DNA of 64,000 nucleotides from Halioglobus sp. (GTDB lineage: Bacteria; Pseudomonadota; Gammaproteobacteria; Pseudomonadales; Halieaceae), in the NCBI GenBank assembly GCA_965227435.1, contig CBDDGB010000002.1, forward strand, positions 678,181-742,180, read 5' to 3'. Below are positions 9,523 to 18,986 of this stretch, in pieces. The position numbers and the translations under genes are program-made. Position 1 is the stretch's first letter, and each line of letters begins with the position of its first letter. The notes under the pieces are model-generated. The model made no database searches and was not told the origin of the DNA. It saw only the letters and a list, made by a program, of their open reading frames with translations.

Positions 9523-10890
9523 ATGAACTGTCTTCGCCTGACCACGATTACCCTGCTGTCGCTATTCGCGGTCGGCTGTAGTGACAACAACGACAATGGC
9601 CTGGGCGATCCCTCTTCCATCACGGTGATCTCCACAGCATCGCCCGAGGGCGCTGCAGGCAGCATGGGCTCGCTCAGTTTCCAGGTGGTTCTCGACAGAC
9701 CGCAGTCGACGCCAACGCGCATTGACTACCGCACGAAACCCGGGTCCGCGACCGCGGGGGTTGACTACCTGGACACAGAGGGGCGCATGACGATCCCTGC
9801 GGGCGCGCTGGCCGGTGTCATCGAAGTGGAGCTGATCGGCGATGCCGAGGACGAGACGAGCGAGACCTTCACCCTCTCCTATACCGCAAAAGGCAATGTC
9901 ACAGCCACCGCCGAAAGCGCCCTGGGCACCATTGCGAACGATGACAGCACCTGCGATGCGGCGTTTGATAAAGACCCCAATCCCTGGGTAGTCGGCGATG
10001 CAGACCCACTAAACTTTGCCCACCGCGGCGGTGTTATCGACTTCCCTGAAAATACGCTCTACGCGTATGCAGAAGCTGCGAAAGCGGGCGCCGACGTTCT
10101 GGAAATGGACGTTTACCAGACCAGGGACAATGAGCTGGTTATCCTGCACGACCTGACGGTCGACCGCACGACCAACGGCACAGGCCGGGTCGCGGACCTG
10201 ACACTCGCCGAACTGCGCGCACTGGACGCCGCGTACTGGTTTATTACCGGTGAGGGCACGCGGCGCGATCGGGAAGAAGAAGAGTATACGTTTCGCGGAA
10301 TAGCTACCGGAGCGAAGCCCCCACCACCGGGTTATGCGCCCGAAGACTTTCGCATTCCGACACTGGAAGAAGCGCTCGCACGATTTCCCCACGACCTTAT
10401 CAACCTCGAGCTAAAGCCCGACCTCGACGGTGAAGGCAACTACGAACAACAGATGGCCGACCTCTTACAGGCCTACGGGCGGCGCACCGATGTTATTGCC
10501 GCCTCGTTCGTCGACACGGCCGCAAACAACTTCAAGGCCGTTGCGCCATGCGTCTATACGTCAGTGCCGCTTGACCAGGGCACCGCACTCGTACTGGGCG
10601 CACTGGGCGACGGCGTGTTCCCGCCCGTGCCGGAACACATCACCTGGCAGGTACCACCCGACACCAGCAGCATCAGCCAGCTACCCGATGGCTTTTTCCT
10701 CGAGGTTGTCACACCGGACTTCATCGCAGACAGCCGCGCGGTAAATCTCGCCGTGCAGGTGTGGACGATCAACAGCTGCGAAGAAATGCTGCGAATGATC
10801 GATCTTGGTGTTGACGCCATCATGACCGACCGGCCCATACTGCTTGAGAATATCTTGAACACACCGCCCGCAGAGCGCAGTTGCGAGTAA
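9523..10890 (+). CDS. Lipoprotein: Calx-beta-like domain + glycerophosphodiester phosphodiesterase
   Basis: Lipobox AVGC; DYRT..GSATAGVDY...IGDAEDETSETF; AHRGG, PENT, EMDV, ILHD; start moved to ATG 9523. Confidence 0.85.
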   Translation: MNCLRLTTITLLSLFAVGCSDNNDNGLGDPSSITVISTASPEGAAGSMGSLSFQVVLDRPQSTPTRIDYRTKPGSATAGVDYLDTEGRMTIPAGALAGVIEVELIGDAEDETSETFTLSYTAKGNVTATAESALGTIANDDSTCDAAFDKDPNPWVVGDADPLNFAHRGGVIDFPENTLYAYAEAAKAGADVLEMDVYQTRDNELVILHDLTVDRTTNGTGRVADLTLAELRALDAAYWFITGEGTRRDREEEEYTFRGIATGAKPPPPGYAPEDFRIPTLEEALARFPHDLINLELKPDLDGEGNYEQQMADLLQAYGRRTDVIAASFVDTAANNFKAVAPCVYTSVPLDQGTALVLGALGDGVFPPVPEHITWQVPPDTSSISQLPDGFFLEVVTPDFIADSRAVNLAVQVWTINSCEEMLRMIDLGVDAIMTDRPILLENILNTPPAERSCE

Positions 10891-10935
10891 CAGGCGACTG
10901 CGACAAATAAAGAAAGAAGAAGGAGAACATCACCC

Positions 10936-11328
10936 ATGAACGCTGTCATCACCAGCCTGCTAATCCTCTGCATACTGCCCATCGCCTGCGCCTGGATCGC
11001 GGGCTATCACAAGCAGAAACAACTCGGCAACGTGGACAACAAGGAGCCTCGCACACAGGCGCTCGAACTCACGGGCGCCGGTGCTCGCGCCGTTGCGGCC
11101 CAGGGCAACACCTGGGAGGCACTCGCCATTTTCAGCGCCGCCGTATTGGCGCTGTTTGTCGCCGGCGTCGATCTCGCCACCGTCAGTACGCAGGCCATGG
11201 TGTACACCGCCCTACGCGTTGCCTACATCGGGCTGTACCTGGCCAACCTCGACAAGCTGCGCTCGATTGCCTTTCTCGCCGGATTCATTATCTGCATGCA
11301 CTTTTTCTATCTGGCACTGACGCACTGA
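10936..11328 (+). CDS. MAPEG family membrane protein
   Basis: Hydrophobic helices, RAVAAQGNTWE, LRVAYIGLY. Confidence 0.85.
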   Translation: MNAVITSLLILCILPIACAWIAGYHKQKQLGNVDNKEPRTQALELTGAGARAVAAQGNTWEALAIFSAAVLALFVAGVDLATVSTQAMVYTALRVAYIGLYLANLDKLRSIAFLAGFIICMHFFYLALTH

Positions 11329-11337
11329 CGCACTGAA
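11314..11337 (+). repeat. 8-bp tandem repeat x3 spanning the MAPEG stop
   Basis: GCACTGAC GCACTGAC GCACTGAA. Confidence 0.8.
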
Positions 11338-11352
11338 GGGAGACACTCGCGA

Positions 11353-11787
11353 ATGAGCACTGAAGACAACAAGGCCGTGGTAGAAAAAATGTGGCAGGCC
11401 CTGTCCGTCATGGACTGGGAAACGATGAAAGCCTGTATGCACCCGGACATCTTCTACGAAGACATCCCAACCGAAGATGCCGGCGCGCCAGGGCCGGACA
11501 ACACCGTCAAACGCCTGCAGATCGCGTTCAATCACCTGTCAAAACAGGAACAGACTACTCACCACTTCGCAGCCGAAGGCGACACGGTCTTCATTGACCA
11601 TACCGAGAAATGGACTTTCAAGAGCGGAGAGACCGCACAGCACCGCTTCGTGACCATGCACGAGATGAAAGACGGCCTGGTGTACCGCTGGAGTGATTTC
11701 TGGGACATGAACAAGTTCGTCAGTCAGTTTCCTGACTGGTTTCTTGAGGAAATGGCCAAGGCCAGCGCCGAGGATTTCGGCGGCTGA
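11353..11787 (+). CDS. NTF2-like/SnoaL protein (limonene-epoxide-hydrolase-like)
   Basis: NKAVVEKMW, DIFYED, GDTVFIDHTEKW, HEMKDGLVYRWSDFWD. Confidence 0.82.
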   Translation: MSTEDNKAVVEKMWQALSVMDWETMKACMHPDIFYEDIPTEDAGAPGPDNTVKRLQIAFNHLSKQEQTTHHFAAEGDTVFIDHTEKWTFKSGETAQHRFVTMHEMKDGLVYRWSDFWDMNKFVSQFPDWFLEEMAKASAEDFGG

Positions 11788-11793
11788 CATCCC

Positions 11794-12723
11794 GTGCGCA
11801 TCGGCATCATGACAGCGACGGGCTTCGACCCCGACCCGACGCTGGCGGGCATGCTCGCCAATGCCGCCCACATCGAATCACTGGGCTTCGACAGCCTGTG
11901 GATGGCGACGGTGTACAACTACGATGCTCTGACGGCTCTCACTGCAATCGGCGGCGCCACGCAGCGCATCGAGCTTGGCACCTGCGTGGTGGCTACACAC
12001 CCGCGCCACCCCATGGCAATGGCGCAACAGGCGCTCACCGCCTCGGCAGCGTGCGGTGGTCGCTTCACGCTCGGCGTTGGCCTGTCCCATCGCTACGTCA
12101 TCGAACACGAGATGGGGCTTTCCTATGACCGACCCGCGGCACATATGCGAGAGTATCTCGAGGTGCTGGTGCCCCTGCTCAACGCGGGCAACGTCGACTA
12201 CGCGGGAGATCGCTACCGCGTGAAGGCCGCTCTCGAGGTACCCGAGGCTCCCACACCGCCGCTACTCGTTGCGGCACTGGGGCCTGAGATGCTTAAGCTG
12301 GCGGGCAGCAAGGCAGACGGCACGACGCTATGGCTAACCGGCCCAAAGACGATAGCGGAACTCACCGTGCCGGCACTGCGCGAGGCCGCCGCCGCAGCGG
12401 GTCGTGCCGCCCCCCGGGTCGTAGCGGGCATGCCGGTTATGCTCACCGACGACGAGACAGGTGCCCGCGCACTGATCGATGAAAAGTTAGCGCTCTACAG
12501 CAAAATCCCCTCCTACCGGGCGATGCTCAATCGGGAGGGCGCGAACGGGCCCGGTGACGTGGCCATGGTGGGCAGTGCGAACAGCCTGCGCGAGCAGATT
12601 GCGCAGCTTGCGGAAATTGGCGTTACCGACCTCAATGCCGTTCTGGTGCACGAGACCCAGGAGCAATACCAGCGCACACTGGACTTTTTGGCCGGGGAGC
12701 TGACAGGAGTCGCATACCAATGA
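11794..12723 (+). CDS. LLM-class flavin/deazaflavin-dependent oxidoreductase
   Basis: GFDSLW, RIELGTCV, GRFTLGVGLSH, AALGPEMLKLAG; GTG start. Confidence 0.9.
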   Translation: MRIGIMTATGFDPDPTLAGMLANAAHIESLGFDSLWMATVYNYDALTALTAIGGATQRIELGTCVVATHPRHPMAMAQQALTASAACGGRFTLGVGLSHRYVIEHEMGLSYDRPAAHMREYLEVLVPLLNAGNVDYAGDRYRVKAALEVPEAPTPPLLVAALGPEMLKLAGSKADGTTLWLTGPKTIAELTVPALREAAAAAGRAAPRVVAGMPVMLTDDETGARALIDEKLALYSKIPSYRAMLNREGANGPGDVAMVGSANSLREQIAQLAEIGVTDLNAVLVHETQEQYQRTLDFLAGELTGVAYQ

Positions 12724-14039
12724 GCACCGGCAAGTATTTCACTCCACCGATCGATCCAGCAGCGCCACTGCCGGACCTCGGCCAGGGCCGCATCGATAGC
12801 GCACGCTTTTCGTCTCCCGAGGTAATGCAGCGGGAATGGACGCACCTGTGGCGCAAGGTTTGGAACATCGGTCCTCGCGTGGAGGAACTTGAGTCAACGG
12901 GAGACTACGTGACGCATACGCTGGGCAAGGAGTCCTTCCTGTTCACGCGCGCCGAAGACGGCAACATCCGGGGCTTCTACAACGTGTGCCAGCATCGCGG
13001 CAACAGGCTGCTGCCGAACACCTATTGCGGTAGCGAACGCTTCTTCCAGTGTCCATTCCACGCCTGGAGTTACAACCTCGACGGCAGCATCAAGGGCGTG
13101 CCCGGCGCTGCGGACTTTCCGCAGTTCACCGGCGGGCTACCCGAAGAGGGTCTCGGACTCGAGCCGATTGAAGTCGACTTCTGGGCGGGCTTCGTCTGGT
13201 TTCGCCTCGAACAAGGCGGCCCGGGTCTCCTCGATTTTCTCGGCGAACTACCTGAGCACCTCGCACCCTACCGTTTAGAAGACATGCGCCTGTTCGAGTA
13301 CAAGACCTTTCTCTGGGACTCCAACTGGAAAGTCGCCTGCGATGCGTTCAACGAGAGCTACCACTTCCGCGGATTGCACCCGCAGATGCTCAAGTGGGCT
13401 GACGAGAAAGCACGCATCGAGCTGTTGGGCGAACACAGCCGCATGATCAACAAGTACGGCACCACGAGTTCACCGTACACTGGCGGCAGCGAGGTCTACC
13501 CCGAACTGAAAGAGTGGCTGCTCTACAACGGCATGGACCCGGAGGGCTACAAGGGACCGCCGGAGGACACCTGGCGGTCAAAAGTAGACTTCGCGCGCTC
13601 GCTGCAGGACGCCCCCGGCGTGACCACACCCTACGCCGATATGACGGACGAGCAACTGACTGACGTCTATCACTACTTCATCTTTCCGGGCTTTGCGATG
13701 AACGTGTTCCCAGAGGGGATTAACGGCTTCCGCTACCGCCCGCACGAGACTGACCCGGAAAAAATGTACTACGACCTGATCATGCTAGTGCACTACTCCG
13801 AGGGCGAACAGCTACCCTGCGAACGAAAGTTCTTTGACGAGAAGGTGCGGTACGACGAGGTGGCCGACTACCCGCTGTCCTATATCGTGACGGATGTACT
13901 GCAGCAGGACGCCGACAACGTCTCGATCAACCAACACGGCCTGAATTCAGATGGCTTTCGCGGCATGCTGCTGGGTAACCAGGAACTGAGGCTGCGGCAC
14001 TTTCACAACACGCTGGACAGGTACCTCGCTGGCGGCTGA
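12720..14039 (+). CDS. Rieske aromatic ring-hydroxylating oxygenase alpha subunit
   Basis: NVCQHRG...CPFHAW Rieske motif; NESYHFRGLH and QQDADN mononuclear-iron ligands; ATGA overlap. Confidence 0.92.
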   Translation: MSTGKYFTPPIDPAAPLPDLGQGRIDSARFSSPEVMQREWTHLWRKVWNIGPRVEELESTGDYVTHTLGKESFLFTRAEDGNIRGFYNVCQHRGNRLLPNTYCGSERFFQCPFHAWSYNLDGSIKGVPGAADFPQFTGGLPEEGLGLEPIEVDFWAGFVWFRLEQGGPGLLDFLGELPEHLAPYRLEDMRLFEYKTFLWDSNWKVACDAFNESYHFRGLHPQMLKWADEKARIELLGEHSRMINKYGTTSSPYTGGSEVYPELKEWLLYNGMDPEGYKGPPEDTWRSKVDFARSLQDAPGVTTPYADMTDEQLTDVYHYFIFPGFAMNVFPEGINGFRYRPHETDPEKMYYDLIMLVHYSEGEQLPCERKFFDEKVRYDEVADYPLSYIVTDVLQQDADNVSINQHGLNSDGFRGMLLGNQELRLRHFHNTLDRYLAGG

Positions 14040-14075
14040 GCAGACCCGTTTCTCAACCCCGGATAAAGGAAAGAT

Positions 14076-14101
14076 AAACCCGGCCTCGAGAGGCCGGGTT
14101 T
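14076..14101. terminator. Bidirectional intrinsic terminator
   Basis: AAACCCGGCCT-CGAG-AGGCCGGGTTT between convergent genes. Confidence 0.8.
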
Positions 14102-14114
14102 GATCACAGAGGGG

Positions 14115-15458
14115 TTAGGCCACGCCGTACGCCAGCATCGCATCCGCCACCTTGATGAAGCCGGCGATGTTGGCGCCCTTCACATAGTTGGTGAAGTCGC
14201 CATCTTTGCCGTACTTGGCGCAATTGGCGTGAATGTCCGCCATGATGTCCTTGAGCTTCTGCTCAAGCTCTTCGGCGGTCCACGCCATGCGGATGCTGTT
14301 CTGCGTCATCTCAAGGCCAGACACCGCCACACCACCTGCGTTGGCGGCCTTGCCGGGGCCGTAGAGCAGCTTGTTGTCGAGTAAGACGCCGATGCCCTCG
14401 ACGGTTGTCGGCATGTTGGCACCCTCGGAAACGCCTTTGCAGCCGTTGGCCACGAGTGCTTTCGCATCGTCCTCGTCCAGTTCGTTCTGCGTAGCACAGG
14501 GGAACGCCAGGTCACAGGGAACGCCCCAGGGACGCTTGCCCTCGTGGTACTCCGCGCCAAACTTCTCTGCGTACTCCGAGATGCGGCCGCGGCGCACCGT
14601 TTTGAGCTCGATGATCCACTGCAGTTTCTCTTCGTCGATGCCGTCCTTGTCGTAGATGAAGCCGCCGGAGTCGGACAGGGTCACCACCTTGCCTCCGAGG
14701 TGGTTGATCTTCTGGGTGCAGTAAGTCGCCACGTTACCTGAACCGGAAACCGCGCAGGTTTTACCCTTAATTGCATCGCCGTGGTGGTTCAGCATGTTTT
14801 CCATGAAATAGGCGTTGCCGTAGCCCGTTGCCTCGGTACGAATGAGGCTGCCGCCGAACTCCAGCGCCTTACCGGTCAGCACACCGGTAAACTCGTGCGC
14901 CAGTCGCTTATACTGTCCGAACATGTAGCTGATCTCGCGCGCGCCAACGCCGATATCCCCTGCCGGGACGTCGGTATCGGGGCCGATGTGGTGATAGAGC
15001 TCGGTCATAAAGGCCTGGCAGAAGCGCATCACCTCGCGGTCTGACTTACCCTTCGGGTTGAAGTCAGCACCGCCCTTGCCCGCACCCATAGGCAAGGTTG
15101 TGAGGCTGTTCTTGAAGGTTTGCTCAAAGCCCAGGAACTTGAGGATGCTGAGATTCACCGAAGGGTGAAAACGAATACCGCCCTTGTAGGGCCCGATGGA
15201 GTTGTTGAACTGCACCCGGTAGCCGCGGTTGACGCGAATATGACCCTCATCGTCCTCCCAGTTCACGCGGAAGATAATCGTGCGGTCAGGCTCCGTCATA
15301 CGCTGGATGATCCCCGCTTGCTGGTACTTGGGGTTATCCAGGATAAACGGGATGACCGACTCCGCCACCTCGTAGACTGCCTGGTGGAACTCCGTCTCGC
15401 CGGGATTACGTTTCTTCAGTCCGGACATGAAGTGTTCCAGTGACAGATCGTCGTACAT
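14115..15458 (-). CDS. gdhA: NADP-specific glutamate dehydrogenase
   Basis: GPYKGGIRFHPSV, MGAGKGG, DVPAGDIGVG, GSGNVA, GKAANAGGVAVS; AAGGAG RBS before ATG 15458. Confidence 0.95.
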   Translation of the reverse strand: MYDDLSLEHFMSGLKKRNPGETEFHQAVYEVAESVIPFILDNPKYQQAGIIQRMTEPDRTIIFRVNWEDDEGHIRVNRGYRVQFNNSIGPYKGGIRFHPSVNLSILKFLGFEQTFKNSLTTLPMGAGKGGADFNPKGKSDREVMRFCQAFMTELYHHIGPDTDVPAGDIGVGAREISYMFGQYKRLAHEFTGVLTGKALEFGGSLIRTEATGYGNAYFMENMLNHHGDAIKGKTCAVSGSGNVATYCTQKINHLGGKVVTLSDSGGFIYDKDGIDEEKLQWIIELKTVRRGRISEYAEKFGAEYHEGKRPWGVPCDLAFPCATQNELDEDDAKALVANGCKGVSEGANMPTTVEGIGVLLDNKLLYGPGKAANAGGVAVSGLEMTQNSIRMAWTAEELEQKLKDIMADIHANCAKYGKDGDFTNYVKGANIAGFIKVADAMLAYGVA

Positions 15459-15642
15459 AGTTAAGCTCCTTCTTATACTCGTCTTGGTAAGGTTATTCTT
15501 GACGCACCGGTGGGCGATAGCTATGAAGTGTAGACAAGTTTTCAATAGTCACACGAAAATTGCACGGCCCTCGACCGGTGAACACCCACGCCGAGCACAT
15601 GGTAATTGAGGTCTATAACCCTTTGATACGAGTTGGCACGCC

Positions 15643-16377
15643 ATGAATGGCCCGCCGTCACCTCTTCGTCGCTTCGGGCGCGAGCTTAAACGCCGCGGCG
15701 TCACCCGCGCCTGCGTTCTCTATATTATCGCCTGCTGGGTCATCCTGCAGGTCGGCGATATCGTGCTGAACTCCCTCGAGTCGGACATGACTGCGGTTTC
15801 ACAGGGCCTGTTAGTGGCCGCCGTGCTGGGGCTGCCCGTCGTGATCACGATCTCCTGGTTTTACCAGTTCTCAGCCGCCGGCATTCGGCGCACGCCAGCG
15901 TTCACCGAGCGGCGAGTACTCGACAATATCGCCATCATCGACGACCGGCGCAAGGACCCGCCATCGCGGGGCTCACCCTCGCGACAGGAGGCGAGCTACG
16001 ACTGGGTTCTCGAGATCGACTCCGGCCCACTCTCAGGTAAACGCTACGGTGTAGACGCAGATGTCATCGTTGGCCGCTCCTCCAGTTGCGAATTGACGAT
16101 ACCGGTGGCGCATATTTCTCGGCGACACATGCGTTTTCGACTCGACGATGACGGACTGCTGCTCGAAGACCTCGATTCATCCAACGGCACAACGTTGAAC
16201 GGCCGAAAAATCAACGCCCCTACCCTCTTGCACCACCATGACACGATAGAAATTCCGAATGTAAAAATCAGAATCCTCGAAAATCTCGCAAGGTCGCGCG
16301 CGACCGATGCAGCCACTCAACACACACTGCAGATCGCCACAGAACGCGATACCCACAAAGTCTCTCGAGAAACTTGA
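15643..16377 (+). CDS. Membrane-anchored FHA-domain protein
   Basis: Two N-terminal TM helices; FHA motifs VGRS, ISRRH, DSSNGT. Confidence 0.85.
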   Translation: MNGPPSPLRRFGRELKRRGVTRACVLYIIACWVILQVGDIVLNSLESDMTAVSQGLLVAAVLGLPVVITISWFYQFSAAGIRRTPAFTERRVLDNIAIIDDRRKDPPSRGSPSRQEASYDWVLEIDSGPLSGKRYGVDADVIVGRSSSCELTIPVAHISRRHMRFRLDDDGLLLEDLDSSNGTTLNGRKINAPTLLHHHDTIEIPNVKIRILENLARSRATDAATQHTLQIATERDTHKVSRET

Positions 16378-16401
16378 CTTAGCATCCGCACCAGCTATAA
16401 A
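16374..16401 (+). promoter_or_regulatory. Sigma70-like promoter for the redox operon
   Basis: TTGACT-N16-TATAAA overlapping the upstream stop codon; GGGAG RBS before TTG 16486. Confidence 0.55.
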
Positions 16402-16485
16402 TAAGCAGACACGACAGGAACGTCCGCTAAGGCGCCGGAAGAGCGCCCATGCACCCGAAAATTACAAAAACGGGAGTGCACAGAA

Positions 16486-18984
16486 TTGGCTGAGAGCTAC
16501 CACATCGCCATTATTGGCGCTGGTCCGGCTGGCCTTAGTGCAGCTGGTAGAGCTGCCCACCACGACAGGGAGTCAGGTGTAAGTTCACCCACCTATGTTC
16601 TCCTTGAAGGCTTCTCTACCTTCGCGAAAACCATCCAGAAGTACCAGAAAGGCAAGCACGTCATGGACACGCCTGGCTTCCTGGACCTGCGCAGTCCCGT
16701 GCCCTTTGTCGCGGGTAAGCGCGAGGAAATCCTGGGCGGCTGGCAAAACAGTATCGACACCGACAGCATCAACATTCGCTACAACAGCGAAGTCACGGCT
16801 ATCGAGGGCGAGCGCGGCAACTTCTCTATCAAGACATCAAGCGGCGAGACCATCAACGCCGAGCATGTCGTCATGTCAATCGGCACACAGGGCAACCCGC
16901 GGGCACTCGGCGTAGAAGGTGATGCTGAATCTGACTTTGTGATGTATACCCTTGATGATCCTGAAGAATTCCAGGGCGAGAGCATCGTTGTGGTGGGCGC
17001 CGGCGACGCCGCAATCGAGAACGCCATCGCGCTCGCCGAGTACAACAAGGTCTACATAATCAACCGGCGGAACGAATTCAGCCGCGCCAAAGACGGCAAC
17101 CTCAATGCAGTGCTCGCGGCTATCAACGACAAGGGCCGCGACTTCCACTGCTTCTACGAGACCAACGTGGGCGGCCTCGAACTGCCCGGCGAGCCCGGCA
17201 GCGCGGGCGCCATCATCCTCAATACCGCGACCGGTGAGGAGCGCGTCGAGTGCCATCGCATTATCGCCCGCCTCGGCACCCTCCCCCCGCGCAAATTCGT
17301 CGAGTCCTGCGGCATCGAGATCTCCAGCCCCAGCGCTGACGCGGTGCCGGACGTCGACAACGAATACATGAGTAACGTCCCCGGTCTTTACGTAATCGGG
17401 GCGCTGGGTGGCTACCCGCTGATCAAGCAGGCAATGAACCAGGGTTACGACGTGGTGGAATACATCCACGGCAATCACGTCGAACCGGTCGATACGCCGA
17501 TCCTGAAGAAGAAGTTCCAGGGTCTGCCGATCAAGATGCCGACCCCGGAAGACGTGCTGTCGCTGTACCAGTCAAAGATTCCCATGTTCCGCCGCATGAG
17601 CCCGTTGGCCTTCCGCGAACTCATTATCGAGAGCCGGATACTCGTGGGGCTCGAGCCCGCAGAGTACGAGCGCACGAGCAAGGATGAGGACGAGCACGCC
17701 ACCGTCTTCATCAAGGATGGCGAGCCCGTGTACCAGCACGGCGAATACTCCACGTCGTTCTACACGCTGGTCGAGGGCGATGTGCGCATGCAGCTCGACG
17801 AGGACGGCACGTGGCACAACATTTCGCCCGGCCAGTTCTTCGGCGAGATGAGCCTGATTTCGGGGCGCCCCCGCCAGGGCAGCGCCATTGCCGATCGCGA
17901 CTGCATACTGATCGAGACCCCTCGCCGGATCATGGTCAAGCTCATGAACTCGAACGAGGAAGTGCGCGCCGGCATCGACAGGGTCTTCATCATGCGCGCG
18001 CTGCAGGCCGCGTTCCAGCCACAGCTTTCACTCGACGCGCTTGCCGACATTGCAGGGCGTGTCGAGCCCTGCACCTTCAAGGCGGGCGAAACCATCTTCA
18101 GCCAGGGCGAATCCGGCGACCACCTGCACCTCGTCCGAAGTGGCACCGTGACCTTGTCACGTGGCGACCAGGACATGGTTGTCGCACAGCTACAGTCCGG
18201 CGAACTGGTGGGCCAGATGGCGCTCATGGGCGCGCCGGTGCGCCGCGACACCGCCACGGCTGCGGTGCGCACGGAGACACTGAAGGTCTACCGCGACGAA
18301 TTCCTGGCCATGGTGAACAGCCAGCCGGGGCACGTTGAAGAGCTGCAGGAAGAACTCAGCGAGGTGATACGCCAGACCAACGCCATGGGCTCGCAGCCGG
18401 AGTCTGCGCGCGCCATCGGCTTCCTGATGGACCAGGGCCTCGGCGAGGCCACCAATGCGCTGGTGATCGACGAAGCGCTCTGCGTTGGCTGCGACAACTG
18501 TGAGAAAGCCTGCGCGGAAACCCACGGGGGTATCTCCCGACTGCGCCGCGAGGAAGGCGCATCGCTCGCTTCACTGCACGTGCCCGTTGTTTGCCGTCAC
18601 TGCGAGCTGCCGCACTGCATGAAGGATTGCCCACCGGATGCGCTGCGTCGCGCCGCCTCGGGTGAGGTCTTCATCGATGCAGAAACCTGCATAGGCTGCG
18701 GCAACTGCGAAACCAACTGCCCGTACGATGCCATCAAACTCAGCTACCAGCCGGAGCCGAAGCCTTCGCTCTTCTCCTGGCTGTTCTTCGGTCGCGGCTC
18801 AGGCCCGGGCGAACAGGATGACTTCACGGCCACCGAAGCCTCCAAGAACTCAGGCAAGAAAGCCGTGAAATGCGATGCCTGCATGGATCTCGCGGGCGGC
18901 CCCGCCTGCGTTCGCGCGTGCCCCACAGGCGCCGCGGTCAGGCTGGGCCCCGAACAGTTCGTTGAACTGGTGGAGGCCCGCTAG
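16486..18984 (+). CDS. FAD/NAD(P)H oxidoreductase + two cNMP-binding domains + 4x[4Fe-4S] ferredoxin domain
   Basis: GAGPAG, GAGDAA..INRR; FFGEMSLISGRPR and LVGQMALMGAPVRR; 16 Cys in four clusters (CVGCDNCEKAC, CRHCELPHCMKDC, CIGCGNCETNC, CDACMDLAGGPACVRAC). Confidence 0.9.
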   Translation: MAESYHIAIIGAGPAGLSAAGRAAHHDRESGVSSPTYVLLEGFSTFAKTIQKYQKGKHVMDTPGFLDLRSPVPFVAGKREEILGGWQNSIDTDSINIRYNSEVTAIEGERGNFSIKTSSGETINAEHVVMSIGTQGNPRALGVEGDAESDFVMYTLDDPEEFQGESIVVVGAGDAAIENAIALAEYNKVYIINRRNEFSRAKDGNLNAVLAAINDKGRDFHCFYETNVGGLELPGEPGSAGAIILNTATGEERVECHRIIARLGTLPPRKFVESCGIEISSPSADAVPDVDNEYMSNVPGLYVIGALGGYPLIKQAMNQGYDVVEYIHGNHVEPVDTPILKKKFQGLPIKMPTPEDVLSLYQSKIPMFRRMSPLAFRELIIESRILVGLEPAEYERTSKDEDEHATVFIKDGEPVYQHGEYSTSFYTLVEGDVRMQLDEDGTWHNISPGQFFGEMSLISGRPRQGSAIADRDCILIETPRRIMVKLMNSNEEVRAGIDRVFIMRALQAAFQPQLSLDALADIAGRVEPCTFKAGETIFSQGESGDHLHLVRSGTVTLSRGDQDMVVAQLQSGELVGQMALMGAPVRRDTATAAVRTETLKVYRDEFLAMVNSQPGHVEELQEELSEVIRQTNAMGSQPESARAIGFLMDQGLGEATNALVIDEALCVGCDNCEKACAETHGGISRLRREEGASLASLHVPVVCRHCELPHCMKDCPPDALRRAASGEVFIDAETCIGCGNCETNCPYDAIKLSYQPEPKPSLFSWLFFGRGSGPGEQDDFTATEASKNSGKKAVKCDACMDLAGGPACVRACPTGAAVRLGPEQFVELVEAR

Positions 18985-18986
18985 GT

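Noticed and set aside
11785-11796. In-frame TGA between the NTF2-like and LLM genes (possible read-through)
   Set aside because: No Cys-type motif context or SECIS-like hairpin; both proteins look complete.
15633-15648. TTGGCACG resembling a sigma54 -24 box
   Set aside because: No TTGC at -12, and it abuts the start codon.
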